IMG/VR virus record: IMGVR_UViG_3300020814_000535
Strand: one strand, 5' to 3'
Source of the DNA: a virus
Taxonomy: Duplodnaviria > Caudoviricetes
DNA: 64,000 nucleotides
The stretch's first letter is position 1; each line of letters begins with the position of its first letter. Below the pieces are notes generated by a model that was not told the origin of the DNA, ran no database searches, and was given only the letters and a program-made list of their open reading frames with translations. Shown one piece after another: positions 1 to 10,315 of this stretch. Both the position numbers and the translations under genes were made by a program.

Positions 1-179
1 ACGCCCAGATTCGGGGTGTTTGGGGCAACGCCCAGATTCGGGATGTTTGGGACAACGCTCAGATTCGGGGTGTTTGGGGCAACGCCCAGATTTCGGATGT
101 TTGGGACAACGCCCAGATTTCGGATGTTTGGGACAACGCCCAGATTCGGGGTGTTTGGGGCAACGCCCAGATTCGGGAT
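1..179 (+). repeat. 27-bp coding tandem repeat (~6.5 copies; NAQI[RS][GD]VW[GD]), beta-helix-type repeat, truncated by window start
   Basis: Units such as aacgcccagattcggggtgtttggggc recur at 27, 54, 81, 108, 135 and 162, read in frame 3. Confidence 0.95.
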
Positions 180-638
180 GACCGCAGAATGAATCGAGGT
201 AGAGAAATGTCTGAATATGAAACTATTGCCCTCGATAAACTCCCTCGGCCTGGTGAAGCTAGCAACAGTTCCATCAAGATGCCAGCTGACAGAAACCTAA
301 CCTTTATGGTTTTGGAAACGCTCAGCAATCTGGGGTGGGTCTGGCGCGGTGGTAACAACCTTCTCAATGAGGCTGGGATTAATGCTTCGGTAAATCGCTG
401 GGTAGATCTCAAGCATGAGTATAAGTATTGCACCCGAGGGGATAATCCTGATGGGCCAACGCTCTATAAAATCGAGTTTGTGCCGCCCAAACTCCATTCC
501 CCTCAAGCCCAACCCACAACAATGACTGATTGTATGTTTACTATTCCCTCCTGGACTATTCCTCAAGGATGTTGCAGTAGATGTGGAGGGAAATTAACAG
601 TGTTGTTTCAAAGTACGTATTGTTCGAGGTGTGACTAA
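3..638 (+). CDS. Repeat protein (5' truncated) running in frame into a hypothetical protein with a C-terminal CxxC...CxxC Zn finger; likely internal start at 207
   Basis: Frame 3 is open from base 3 through ORF 189..638; GAGGT SD 6 nt before ATG207. Confidence 0.7.
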   Translation, partial: AQIRGVWGNAQIRDVWDNAQIRGVWGNAQISDVWDNAQISDVWDNAQIRGVWGNAQIRDDRRMNRGREMSEYETIALDKLPRPGEASNSSIKMPADRNLTFMVLETLSNLGWVWRGGNNLLNEAGINASVNRWVDLKHEYKYCTRGDNPDGPTLYKIEFVPPKLHSPQAQPTTMTDCMFTIPSWTIPQGCCSRCGGKLTVLFQSTYCSRCD

Positions 639-820
639 TGAAAAAGTGTGATACCTGTAAATGGAATAGTGATACCAACGAATGTACAAATCCAAAAGAC
701 TTTGGTGTTCGTCTTGAGCATTGGTTTCTGGAAAGTTGTTTGAATGGCGGGGTTGGCGAGGGAAACCTTCCCAATAAACCGCTGCGAGACTGTCCTGGAC
801 ATGAAGAAGGAGTCCCACGA
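638..820 (+). CDS. Small Cys-rich protein, copy 1 (MKKCDTC...DCPGHEE); CGA at 818-820 lets the frame run on to 955
   Basis: Paralogous to the following 60-codon frame. Confidence 0.6.
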
Positions 821-999
821 AGAAATGCGACACCTGCAGATACAGCGGAGATCGTTGTTGTTTTAATTACGATAGAAAGAAAAGACACGAGATCTCTGAA
901 TGGCTTTCAGATAATGGAGAATTTGACGAAAACGATACTCCTATTAATCCATTAGAAGATTGTCCTGGATGGGAAAGATTTGATTGGGCTGTCCGGTAG
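817..999 (+). pseudogene. Small Cys-rich protein, copy 2 (xKKCDTCRY...DCPGWERFDWAVR), with ACG in place of ATG
   Basis: AAGGAG SD then ACG; same length (60 aa) and motifs as copy 1; no other in-frame start (TGA at 802). Confidence 0.7.
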
Positions 1000-1041
1000 A
1001 GAAGAATTGGCTTCTCTCCGTTAACTTGGGGAGGTGGAAGG

Positions 1042-1314
1042 ATGAAGACTTACTCGCTGTTGGACATGGACATTGGGGAGTGCCCTGGGAGTTCTCGTAA
1101 TTTCGCGCGGAGTCGGAGGAATCTCAAGCGTCAGCGTAGCAAAGAAATTCGCCAGACGCTAAAGCGAGAGATGTTGTCTCAGTATGCAGAGTTCGAAGCG
1201 AATCGAGATGAGGAGTGGCAGGTGATGGTGGAGGAGAGTGAGTTTCTGGTGGATGGCGAAATGTATCAGGCATTGTTGGATTCACGGGAGGATGAAAATG
1301 CAAATGCTTTTTGA
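1042..1314 (+). CDS. Hypothetical protein, basic N-terminus and acidic C-terminus
   Basis: ORF with strong GGAGGT SD. Confidence 0.7.
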   Translation: MKTYSLLDMDIGECPGSSRNFARSRRNLKRQRSKEIRQTLKREMLSQYAEFEANRDEEWQVMVEESEFLVDGEMYQALLDSREDENANAF

Positions 1315-1734
1315 TGTTTCCGTGGCAACGTTCGTTCTCTCCGCGCTTTCGATTGCAATCTTTGTGATCGGTAACTAAATCCAAAAAAGGAAAGTCAAAT
1401 GCAATCTCGCCGACAGAAAGTAGGCTGGACGATGTTCTATATTGGTTGTGGCATGATGGGATGGGGCGTGGGTGTATATCTGTACTTGCTGTTTTACTAT
1501 GTTACCCATTAGGAGACTGCAATGAAATCCCTTCCTGATTCTGTTCGCGGCATTCTCATTCGTGATCTCATATTGTATGTTGGTGGATTTCTGGTGGGGA
1601 TGGGGATTGGAAAACTAATCTGTTGGGCAATTCTCTAGGAGATCTCAATGAAAGTACGTGTTGTCGTTCAGATTCTTTCTCATGTTGGATTGTTTATGTT
1701 GGGATGGGAAATAGGAAACTGCCTTTTCCGTTAG
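1298..1734 (+). CDS. Four single-TM micro-proteins (1298-1378, 1399-1512, 1522-1638, 1648-1734)
   Basis: Each has an SD and ATG; hydrophobic; three share a Gx4Gx3G motif; below ORF-track cutoff. Confidence 0.75.
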
Positions 1735-1743
1735 GAGATTTCG

Positions 1744-2295
1744 ATGGCTCCCTCTATTGCTCGCCTCTTGATCACGATGGATTGTGTGCGGAACTGCACC
1801 TACTGCTGTAACAAATACTCTCGCATTATGAGTCGAGCCAAGTATATCAATTCGCTCGATGAAATGGATCAGCATGATGTGACTTGTATTACAGGCGGAG
1901 AACCGCAACTAGAACCAGGCAGAATCTATCGGGTTATTGATTGGGCGCGAAAACTAGAACACAAGCCTAAGCTGTTTATGTACACCACGGTTTATACTAA
2001 ACACACGAGCGATATCGCTAAAATGATTGACGGGATTCACTATAGCATTCATGCTCCAATGGAACTGTCCGATCTTAGCAATTTTAACAATTTCGATTGG
2101 ACAGTTGTCCGATCTCTCCATCATCAGAAGTCTTTTCGACTCTATATTGAGTCTTCAGTTGACATGTATCTAGCATTCAATCCTTCACGCTATCAGCGTA
2201 CCGAAATCAAACACTGGCAATCTGAGGACGAATTGCTTGCTATTCAACCGAACGGTATTCCTGCAGGGGAAACGATGTATATCTGGAGGGAATGA
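1744..2295 (+). CDS. Radical SAM protein (short, activase-like)
   Basis: CVRNCTYC (CxxxCxxC) and ITGGEP motifs. Confidence 0.85.
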   Translation: MAPSIARLLITMDCVRNCTYCCNKYSRIMSRAKYINSLDEMDQHDVTCITGGEPQLEPGRIYRVIDWARKLEHKPKLFMYTTVYTKHTSDIAKMIDGIHYSIHAPMELSDLSNFNNFDWTVVRSLHHQKSFRLYIESSVDMYLAFNPSRYQRTEIKHWQSEDELLAIQPNGIPAGETMYIWRE

Positions 2296-3471
2296 TGAAA
2301 GCTATCTGTAATTGGGGCGTCACCGGAGATGTTTTCTTGGACTTCGAGAATCATCCTGTTTTTGTCCCAACTACTGGGGATTTCGAGATGCAGTGCAATC
2401 TTGATCTTTCTATTGCTGAAGCCGAATCTCTAGCTCAGCAACTTCTCGATGCAGCACAAGAAGCTCGACGTCGGGCTGCTGAATACGATGAATATTCAAA
2501 AGAACATTGTCCTGAAGAATATTACAAAGCTCATCCAGACGAAAGGGCGGCGTGATGGAAGAACTGATTCAAGAGATCAAAGATTTGATGGCTGAAACAG
2601 ATTTCAGCAAGAAGAACGCCTCAGACATGAAAGATAGATTTGCCTCAACATCTATGTATGGAGAATTTGCTTACGAAACGGTTTTCGCAGGCAGACTGAG
2701 AGATCTCCTTCAAAATCACAATAAAGATCTTTACGAATTGCTCTGTGCGATTAAAAAGGCTTCGAAATCTCGATAACTGGAGAAAGAAATGCTCACCGAA
2801 AAGCAAGCTCACTGGAAGATGATTACGCGAGAGTTGGTTCGTATGGGCCGAAAGTTTCAGGCTCTGTTGGCTGAAGAGGGACAGAAACAAATCCTGTTGG
2901 ACGAATTGCCCCCAGAGTTTCAAGAGATGTTTCAGCTGGGACGTCTTCAACCTCAGGATTATCTGGACACTCTGGTTTATCGAGCTATCCAAGAGCTTGG
3001 TGAGACCGAGTATCTCAACACCTGCCGCGAGACCGAAAAGCTGCTGGTGAATTAGGTTTTCCGTTTCAGATTCTAGAATTCAGGATGAAAGAGAGATAAC
3101 TTCATGAACTGCCCCAAGTGTGGTTGTGAAATGATTCTTGAGCAGTCCAACGATCTAGATATCCAAGAGTTTGGAACTTTAGGTGTCTGGGTCTGTATGA
3201 ACGATGATTGCAATCATGTCGAGCCAGATTTGTGTTCTAAGCTTGATAAGAGCTTTCAAAATGTCTAGAAGAATTCCAATCACTTCCTGCAAAACCTGTC
3301 CTTTCTGCAAATGGGATGGATACTATTATCCAGTAGAGAAGGTTTGTAGTTTTCCTGATAGCAAGGCAAACGGAGAGATTGTGGCCAGCAATTCATCTGG
3401 CTATTGGTATGGCGACAAGCGTCCTTCGTTTTGCCCATTAAACGAGGGAGTCGAACTAACCGGAGAACCAG

Positions 3472-4041
3472 ATGACCATTCCTCCGCAGATTAAGGCCCT
3501 GAAAGACTTCTGCGAAGCCGCCCTCGACAACAACGAATCAAAGGCTGTGGCTTGTATTGGATCGCGCGAAATCTCTGTTCGTAAGCGCGACTTTCTTTGG
3601 GAAATTGGAAAATTCATTGTTGGGTGTGCCCAGAAGGTTTGCAGTGGAAATGCCCAAGGAAGCGATCAGGCCTATGCTGCAGGAGGAAATAACGTAGAGC
3701 CTCACGACGTTATCTTGTGTCTTCCATGGTGGTCCTACGAGAAACAAGCGATTGTCCAGGGGAATCAAATTTTTGTAGAAGACAGAGCGACTCTGGAAGA
3801 AGTTCATCTTGCACGAGAACACCACCCCAAGTGGAGTTCCTTGAGTCAGGGTGTTCAGAAGCTGATGATTCGGAATGCGATGATTATCATTCGCTCGAAG
3901 CTAGTCGTCGCGAATCTGAATCCTACCAAGCCCTGGGGAGGAGGAACAGGACACGGCGTAAGAATTGCGAAGTCTTTGAAGATTCCCGTTCTCGATATTA
4001 CTCATTTGCCAGGTGAAGAAAACTTCAAGGAGTGGTTCTAA
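3472..4041 (+). CDS. DprA/SMF-like Rossmann (SLOG) protein
   Basis: IGSRE, SGNAQGSD, LPW, HPKW, RN and GGTG...A...IPV motifs. Confidence 0.8.
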   Translation: MTIPPQIKALKDFCEAALDNNESKAVACIGSREISVRKRDFLWEIGKFIVGCAQKVCSGNAQGSDQAYAAGGNNVEPHDVILCLPWWSYEKQAIVQGNQIFVEDRATLEEVHLAREHHPKWSSLSQGVQKLMIRNAMIIIRSKLVVANLNPTKPWGGGTGHGVRIAKSLKIPVLDITHLPGEENFKEWF

Positions 4042-4134
4042 TGGCTAAGTATCTTGTCATTACGGGTGTCTTTTGTGATGGGGGCAGGAAGGGTTGTTAT
4101 AGAAATGTCTATGTATTTGTAACGGAGTAACCCC

Positions 4135-4275
4135 ATGTCTCGTACCACTCGTCGTGAACCCCGAAAACCCCGCGATTGGAATGCGGTCGCTATCTTCAAG
4201 AAAGGTGGCGCGCATAAAGACAAGCGCAAGGAAGAGTCTAAAAATTCTTGTCGCAAGTGGAAAAGCGAGAATTGA
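4135..4275 (+). CDS. 46-aa highly basic peptide (…NAVAIFKKGGAHKDKRKEESKNSCRK…), ArfA-like composition
   Basis: GGAG SD and ATG4135; not in ORF track. Confidence 0.65.
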   Translation: MSRTTRREPRKPRDWNAVAIFKKGGAHKDKRKEESKNSCRKWKSEN

Positions 4276-4793
4276 CTGATGAATAATATTCGAGAAATCA
4301 AGATCCCTATTAGAGATATCACTATTGTACCTGCGCCCTTAGATAACGGAGGATGGGAGCCAATCATTCAAATTAAAACAAATCTCCCAGATCCCTATTT
4401 CGACGAAGAGAGTAAATACAAGATTGAATTCGAGATTTCTGGATTCTCCGATAGTAAACGAGCGATAGAATATATCAAGCAACATTTTGACATTGACCTC
4501 GAAAGCGACTAGGAGAGCGACATGGAAGAGAGACCAGATCTGTTTACCCCCATCACCGAAGAAGAGTACGAAGCGTGCAGAGCGAAGGAAAACTATCATT
4601 TCCGTGACGGCAGCAATATGTGGTTTCGGATCGACCTTTTGCTGAACCCGACGGATAACGACATCCTCGTCCAGGACTGCGAAACTGACGAGTGCTGCCG
4701 CCTGACCGAGAAGGGGCGTCTGATGCTGGCGGGTCCGGATTGGCAGGACGAGTTCACTCAGAAGCTGGAAGAGCAACAGAAGCTGGCCAGCTA

Positions 4794-4957
4794 AGATCGC
4801 GCGGATATTACTAGAATTTCTATCTTGTATAATTAATCCTGTAAATATAAAGAAACTCTTCCCATTCTTAGTTAATCTATTAAATTTCTAATACTTAATA
4901 GATAATAGTCTTAACTAAATATCTTAATATATTATATTCTAATAATATCCGCGATCT
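4794..4957. repeat. Nested imperfect inverted repeat enclosing extremely AT-rich DNA
   Basis: agatcgcgcggatattactagaat (4794-4817) vs attctaataatatccgcgatct (4936-4957); inner ttagttaa/ttaactaa and atctattaa/ttaatagat. Confidence 0.85.
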
Positions 4958-5206
4958 ATAATAATGTACTCTATACCACGCCATAGAGAAATTTCTTCCT
5001 CTCGGAAACCAGACCTTCAGTAATAGATTCTTTTGTTGGAAACAGCCGTTTTTAACATGTCTTTGTTTACGAGAAGCTCGTGAAATTCAGTTCAGGTCTC
5101 TTCGTAGCGGGTCAGTTTGAAAATCGATTTCAGAGGGTGTTTTGAAATGTTTTTATTTACCCAGAAGAGATTTCGCGGCAAACAACAAATTCCCCTCTCC
5201 CGGATA

Positions 5207-5244
5207 GTTTCTTCTTGAAATTGACAGGAAGAAACCAGTAATCT
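5207..5244 (+). promoter_or_regulatory. Sigma70-like promoter (TTGAAA-N18-TAATCT) within an inverted repeat (possible operator)
   Basis: gtttcttc...gaagaaac brackets TTGAAA/TTGACA in the largest non-coding gap. Confidence 0.5.
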
Positions 5245-5389
5245 GTTCGAGGGGTGAACTAGTTGAAATTTGTGCTTCTGGGGATTGTAATCTTAACTTG
5301 TTTAGCTTGTTATGGAATTTGTAAATACTGGAAACATCAAGAAAGAATCTGTAAACGACTGAAAAACCTCAAGTAAAAAGGGAATTTCA

Positions 5390-5863
5390 ATGTCAAAGAT
5401 CGTCCGTGAGCAGATGAAGCGGGACCTGAAGAATCTCGAGGACTTGGTGGGAACAAAGGTGTATTATCAACATTCCGAGCTGGGAGATCCGACAAATCCT
5501 TTCGTCTTTTCGGGAGGAATGACGGTTGCGGTGACCGAGCTTTCGAGTGATGCAAACGGTTACTTCTATTCGTATGGGGTGGCGCTTCGTGCCCCGGCCG
5601 ATCAATTTGACCGTTTGAAGGGGCGGTTGACTGCGTTGCGCAAGAATCTAAACCGTCAGGAACGTTTTGTGCTCGTGCTCGACAAGAAGCTCACTTCTTA
5701 CGAAATCTGTGAGGCCGCAGCAAATCAGTTTGTGTTAGATGTCCTTGGTGGAACTGTCAAGCCGCCTGCATGGCTGAAGCGAATGATTGAAGGCTACCGG
5801 GCACATTTGGAAACGTACGACCTTCCTCAGGTTGAAGAGAACGAGGAGTCGCAAGCTGCCTGA
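5390..5863 (+). CDS. Hypothetical phage protein
   Basis: ORF track; SD present. Confidence 0.7.
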   Translation: MSKIVREQMKRDLKNLEDLVGTKVYYQHSELGDPTNPFVFSGGMTVAVTELSSDANGYFYSYGVALRAPADQFDRLKGRLTALRKNLNRQERFVLVLDKKLTSYEICEAAANQFVLDVLGGTVKPPAWLKRMIEGYRAHLETYDLPQVEENEESQAA

Positions 5864-6324
5864 GGAGATGGGAAATGAAAATCGTGGAGATAATTGTCGG
5901 GGCTGAGAGATGTTTCAATGATCCGTATGAGAGTTTTAGCAATCAGCGACCAAGTGTTTCCTACAAGGCTTTGGTTGAGATTGAAGATTTTGAAAACGCA
6001 GAAATAGAGACACAAATGCTTCAGTCTCTTGCGGAGCAGATGGTTGAGCAACAAAAATTGCGCGCTCTTGCTGGATTGAAAGATAAACACGAAACGAAAA
6101 TCGCTGAAATACGGCAGCAATTTGCGCAGGGTCAATTGGAGACTTTTCAACAAGCTGAGAGAGATAGGCATGAAGCTGACGAGGAGCAGCGAGAAGCTGA
6201 AGAGATGTTTCCGGCGACCGAGAATCTTCCTCGTCACGCAGGTTATTCGAAAGACAAGGGCAGTTGGCCTCAAGATCCAAATGAACTTCCCTTTTAACAA
6301 GGCTAATTTCTGAAAGGAACTCGA

Positions 6325-6732
6325 ATGCTAGCGAAAGTTCGTGTTGGACAGAATCCTGGAAAGCCTGTGTACGTCGAAGAAGACAATTTCGTTCGGAATC
6401 TGACAACATACACCGCATCGGGGAAACCCATGCTGTATTCTGAAGAAGCAGTGGAATGGGCACGCGGGGGACGGTTGGGGTCGCGCTGGCAAATGGATAA
6501 TGATATGTATGTGAAGGTTAAGGATGATCAGGATGATCCGTTCAAGTATTACACTCCTCCAGGCAAAGAAGGAGATTCTGTATTGGGTCCTGGTCCGATG
6601 TGGGGCAGTTATTACAATGGCCCGAAGGCCGAATACGAAGGAGAAGAAAGTTGCGGGAGTGGAGGAGGTTGTGGTGGGGGAGGCTGTGGTGGCGGGAAGA
6701 AAAAGGGAGGCTGCGGCGGAGGTTGTCCATAA
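6325..6732 (+). CDS. Hypothetical protein with Gly/Cys-rich tail
   Basis: C-terminus SCGSGGGCGGGGCGGGKKKGGCGGGCP. Confidence 0.75.
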   Translation: MLAKVRVGQNPGKPVYVEEDNFVRNLTTYTASGKPMLYSEEAVEWARGGRLGSRWQMDNDMYVKVKDDQDDPFKYYTPPGKEGDSVLGPGPMWGSYYNGPKAEYEGEESCGSGGGCGGGGCGGGKKKGGCGGGCP

Positions 6733-7091
6733 TCACGATCTTTCTGCTTATTTTTGCTGTTTGGATATTGTTTGTAACTGAGTACTAAGGCAACTGAGGC
6801 TTTATGATTGTTTATCTTTCCACCATCCATCATCGTCATGGAGTAGATCGCGGAATTTTTGCTACTATCGAAGGAGCAAAAGCTGATTTGGCAGAATATT
6901 GCCGCATGTGGTGGTATGAAGCCTGTCGAATCAATCCAGACCTTCCAGAAGAGCCATCTGGAGACGATGACGCTATCATCCAGCGTTATTTTAGCGCCAT
7001 GAGCAATGGTTTTGAAGAGAGCGATTGCGAACGTTTCGAAATTGAGAGTTTTGACGTTAACGACTGACAAAAGCTTGTCGGAGATACCCAG

Positions 7092-8939
7092 ATGTCGGAC
7101 GAGAATCCTTCACCGAATGAAAGTCCAATTCTAGAACCAGCTCCACCCCCTGTTGATTATCTTGAAAAGTTCACTGTCAATCTGACGCGCGAAGCCCGCT
7201 GGGGACATATTGAGCCTATGGTTGGGCGGGATCAGGAGGTCAACCGAGCTGTTCATGTCTTGTGTCGCAAGAAGAAGAACAATCCTCTGCTCATTGGAGA
7301 AGCAGGGGTTGGCAAAACGACGATTGCGCAGAACCTGGCGCTGCGGATCTCTCGCAATCAAGTTCCTTGCCAGCTGCAGGACCGAGAGGTTTACAGCATT
7401 GACATTGGAACTCTAACTGCAGGAACTCGGTATCGAGGTGACTTTGAGGAACGAGTTCAGGGCATCATCGAGAAGCTCAAGGCGAAGTGGCGAAAGCCGA
7501 TTGTCTTTATTGATGAAATTCACACGATGATCAAGGCAGGAAGTGCCAGCGACTCCCCGCTCGATATGGTTAGTCTCTTGAAGCCCGTCATTACTGAAGG
7601 GCTCATTTCATTCATGGGCTCGACTACGTATCAAGAATACAACAACCGTATTCTGAAAGACCCTGCTCTGGCACGACGGTTTCAAAAGATTGATATTCTC
7701 GAGCCTTCGGCTGATGAAACTCTGGAAATCCTCGATGGTTTGAAATGGACCTATGAGGGTTTTCACAATATCACCTACACCAAGGCTTCCCTTCGTTCGG
7801 CAGTGGAGTTGTCGGGACGCTTTCTGCGCGACAAGAAGTTCCCTGACAAGGCAATCGACGTGGTTGATGAGGCGGGCGTGCTGGTCAAGCTTGCGGGCCG
7901 CACGGAAGTGACCCCCAAAGACGTTGAGACGATCATCTCGCAGATGGCCCAGGTGCCGGTAAAGAACCTGAGCCGCAAGGAAAGCTCGAGAATTCACGAG
8001 CTAGAAAAGAACCTGAAGGAGCGAGTGTTTGGGCAGGATCACGCCATCGACCAGATTGTCTCATCAGTGAAGATGTCGCGGGCAGGACTCACGAATCCTG
8101 TGAAGCCAATTGCCTCTTTTCTTCTCACGGGACCCACGGGTGTAGGGAAAACCGAAGTTGCTCGCCAACTGGCTGAATTGCTGGGTTTGACCCTTATTCG
8201 CCTGGATATGAGTGAGTACACTGAAAAGCACACTGTTTCTCGTCTAACAGGAGCCCCTCCGGGATATGTCGGCCATGAGGACGGAGGGCAGCTGACCGAC
8301 CAAGTGCGGAATAATCCTTATTCGGTAGTCCTTTTGGATGAGATTGAGAAGGCGCATCCGGATATTTTTAACATCCTGCTCCAGATCATGGGCTATGGAA
8401 CGTTGACCGATAGTCGGGGCAAAAAGACCGACTTTAGAAATGTAATTCTGCTCATGACGAGCAACTTGGACTCTCAGGTCGTCGAGAAGCGTTCGTGCGG
8501 TTTTACGGGCGAAACTACATTCCAGGAAAATGATTTGGAGTATAAAAATATGTTTCGTCCAGAGTTCCGAAATCGGTTGGATGGACGAATTCATTTCAAC
8601 TCCTTGACCCCCGAAGTGATGGGCCGAATTGTAGATAAGTTTGTTCAAGAGCTGGAGAAGCAGCTGAGCGATCGACGAGTCAAGATCCAGTTGACGGAAT
8701 CCGCGAGGGAAGATTTGGCTCGGCGAGGCTATGACCGAGCTTTTGGGGCTAGGCCCTTGGCGCGCTTGATTCAGAAAGAACTCAAGATGCCACTCTCCGA
8801 GGAAATCCTCTTTGGTAAGTTGAAGCGGGGAGGGAAGGTGGTGGTTGATTGTCGGGGTGGCGAGTTGATGCTTTCGTATGACAAAGATATGAAAGAGATT
8901 CCAGAAGAGGTTCTGCAAGAAGATTCGGCTCTTAACTAG
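7092..8939 (+). CDS. clpA: ATP-dependent Clp protease ATP-binding subunit, ClpA-type, lacking the N-domain
   Basis: Two AAA+ modules (GEAGVGKT/FIDEIH; GPTGVGKT/LLDEIEKAH), GAPPGYVG pore loop, FGARPL; no ClpB M-domain. Confidence 0.93.
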   Translation: MSDENPSPNESPILEPAPPPVDYLEKFTVNLTREARWGHIEPMVGRDQEVNRAVHVLCRKKKNNPLLIGEAGVGKTTIAQNLALRISRNQVPCQLQDREVYSIDIGTLTAGTRYRGDFEERVQGIIEKLKAKWRKPIVFIDEIHTMIKAGSASDSPLDMVSLLKPVITEGLISFMGSTTYQEYNNRILKDPALARRFQKIDILEPSADETLEILDGLKWTYEGFHNITYTKASLRSAVELSGRFLRDKKFPDKAIDVVDEAGVLVKLAGRTEVTPKDVETIISQMAQVPVKNLSRKESSRIHELEKNLKERVFGQDHAIDQIVSSVKMSRAGLTNPVKPIASFLLTGPTGVGKTEVARQLAELLGLTLIRLDMSEYTEKHTVSRLTGAPPGYVGHEDGGQLTDQVRNNPYSVVLLDEIEKAHPDIFNILLQIMGYGTLTDSRGKKTDFRNVILLMTSNLDSQVVEKRSCGFTGETTFQENDLEYKNMFRPEFRNRLDGRIHFNSLTPEVMGRIVDKFVQELEKQLSDRRVKIQLTESAREDLARRGYDRAFGARPLARLIQKELKMPLSEEILFGKLKRGGKVVVDCRGGELMLSYDKDMKEIPEEVLQEDSALN

Positions 8940-8947
8940 GAGATTTC

Positions 8948-10315
8948 ATGTTCGACACTCCCACCTACCGAGAATTCCGTCAAAACAATGGTCGTTCGGG
9001 AATTCGTTACTGGACGATCTTTCTTGAGTTTGAACAAATTCACACCTCGTGGGGCTCTTTTGACGACGGGCTCTACAGTCAGTATGGGGAGACTGATGAC
9101 ATTCCAGGCCCCAAAGGAAAGCCCAATACCAAAGCTTTCAAGACAGCGGAAGAGAATGCCCAATTCTGTTATGACCGATTGATCCGCAAGAAGAAAGAAG
9201 AGGGATACGTCGAGGTAAATATTGAAACAGGCGAACCTCTGGAACCCGTGGATGAGACTGCCAATGTGATCCTTTGGGATCGTCCGCTGCCCAAGAACCT
9301 GTGCTTCTGCAAGCCCAAGAATTCGGTTTCTGAGAGTCATGTTCAGAAGTTATATAGCCGTAGTGACTTGATCCTCACCCGCAAGATTAACGGGTTGACA
9401 GTTGTTGCTCAGATTGGCGACAAGCGAAAGATTCGTTTGTTCAGTCGGCGGATGGACAGTGTAACAGATCATTTTCCGCAGTTGGTCGAGGCCCTGGACT
9501 GGATGAATGTCAGTTTCCTCGATCAAACGGTCCTTCTATTTGAAGGATATTTTGGCGAAGGAAATACTCAGGAGGAGTTTGAAGCTGTTCAGGGAGTCAT
9601 GAACTCCAAGCCTGAACGAGCGCTTGAGCTTCAGCAGCGAGACGGATGGATCAAATTCTATCTTTATCGAGTTCCTATTCTGAACGGGATCGAGATCGAG
9701 AAGACCCATAGTTGCCGCGACCAAATCGAAACGATTGAAACGTTTTCTCACGGCTTTGAAACGTTTTGTTTCCACAGAAGGAAATACGGACGTTTTCTAG
9801 AGACTGTTCGATGCATTGACATCGATCCCGAAGATATCAAGCAGACTATTCTCGAACGAGGCTGGGAAGGGTTTGTCGGATATCAGGCCTCCGGAACCTT
9901 TGGCGACTACTCCTATTCCTTTCACGGCAAGCCAGATCGCCCCTCTTGTAGTTTCAAGATCAAGCCTGAATTTGAAGATGACTTTGTCGTCTTCTGGGAG
10001 CCCGACAAGTCAACCAAGGAGTTTCCCCGAGGAACTTGGGGCAGTGGCAAGAACTCCAAGTCCATTGGAGCTGTTTCGCTCTACCAATACAACACCAAGG
10101 GAGAACTGGTCTATATCTGCGATACCTCAGCCTTTACCGATGAAAAGCGGGCCAGACTAGAATCCATCACGAGCTGGCCCATTTGTGCTCGAGTGAAATA
10201 TACCAACCGCTCGTTTATCTCTCGAGGACGGAAGACAAACGCCTTGTTATTTCCACGATTTGATGAAATGAGAACAGATAAAACGGTTGAGGAATGCGTG
10301 AGAGAGGAGTTATAA
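8948..10315 (+). CDS. ATP-dependent DNA ligase with N-terminal WGR-like domain
   Basis: KING (motif I), FEG (III), GWEGFV (IV), KIKP (V), LLFPRF...RTDK (VI); SWG and KKKEEGY in N-terminus. Confidence 0.85.
   Translation: MFDTPTYREFRQNNGRSGIRYWTIFLEFEQIHTSWGSFDDGLYSQYGETDDIPGPKGKPNTKAFKTAEENAQFCYDRLIRKKKEEGYVEVNIETGEPLEPVDETANVILWDRPLPKNLCFCKPKNSVSESHVQKLYSRSDLILTRKINGLTVVAQIGDKRKIRLFSRRMDSVTDHFPQLVEALDWMNVSFLDQTVLLFEGYFGEGNTQEEFEAVQGVMNSKPERALELQQRDGWIKFYLYRVPILNGIEIEKTHSCRDQIETIETFSHGFETFCFHRRKYGRFLETVRCIDIDPEDIKQTILERGWEGFVGYQASGTFGDYSYSFHGKPDRPSCSFKIKPEFEDDFVVFWEPDKSTKEFPRGTWGSGKNSKSIGAVSLYQYNTKGELVYICDTSAFTDEKRARLESITSWPICARVKYTNRSFISRGRKTNALLFPRFDEMRTDKTVEECVREEL

Noticed and set aside
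1-179. CRISPR array
   Set aside because: Units are contiguous 27-mers with no spacers and keep a coding frame
4939-5178. Minus-strand frame with an SD-like site and two internal TGA codons
   Set aside because: No recognisable motif, and other frames are similarly open; cannot be told from chance
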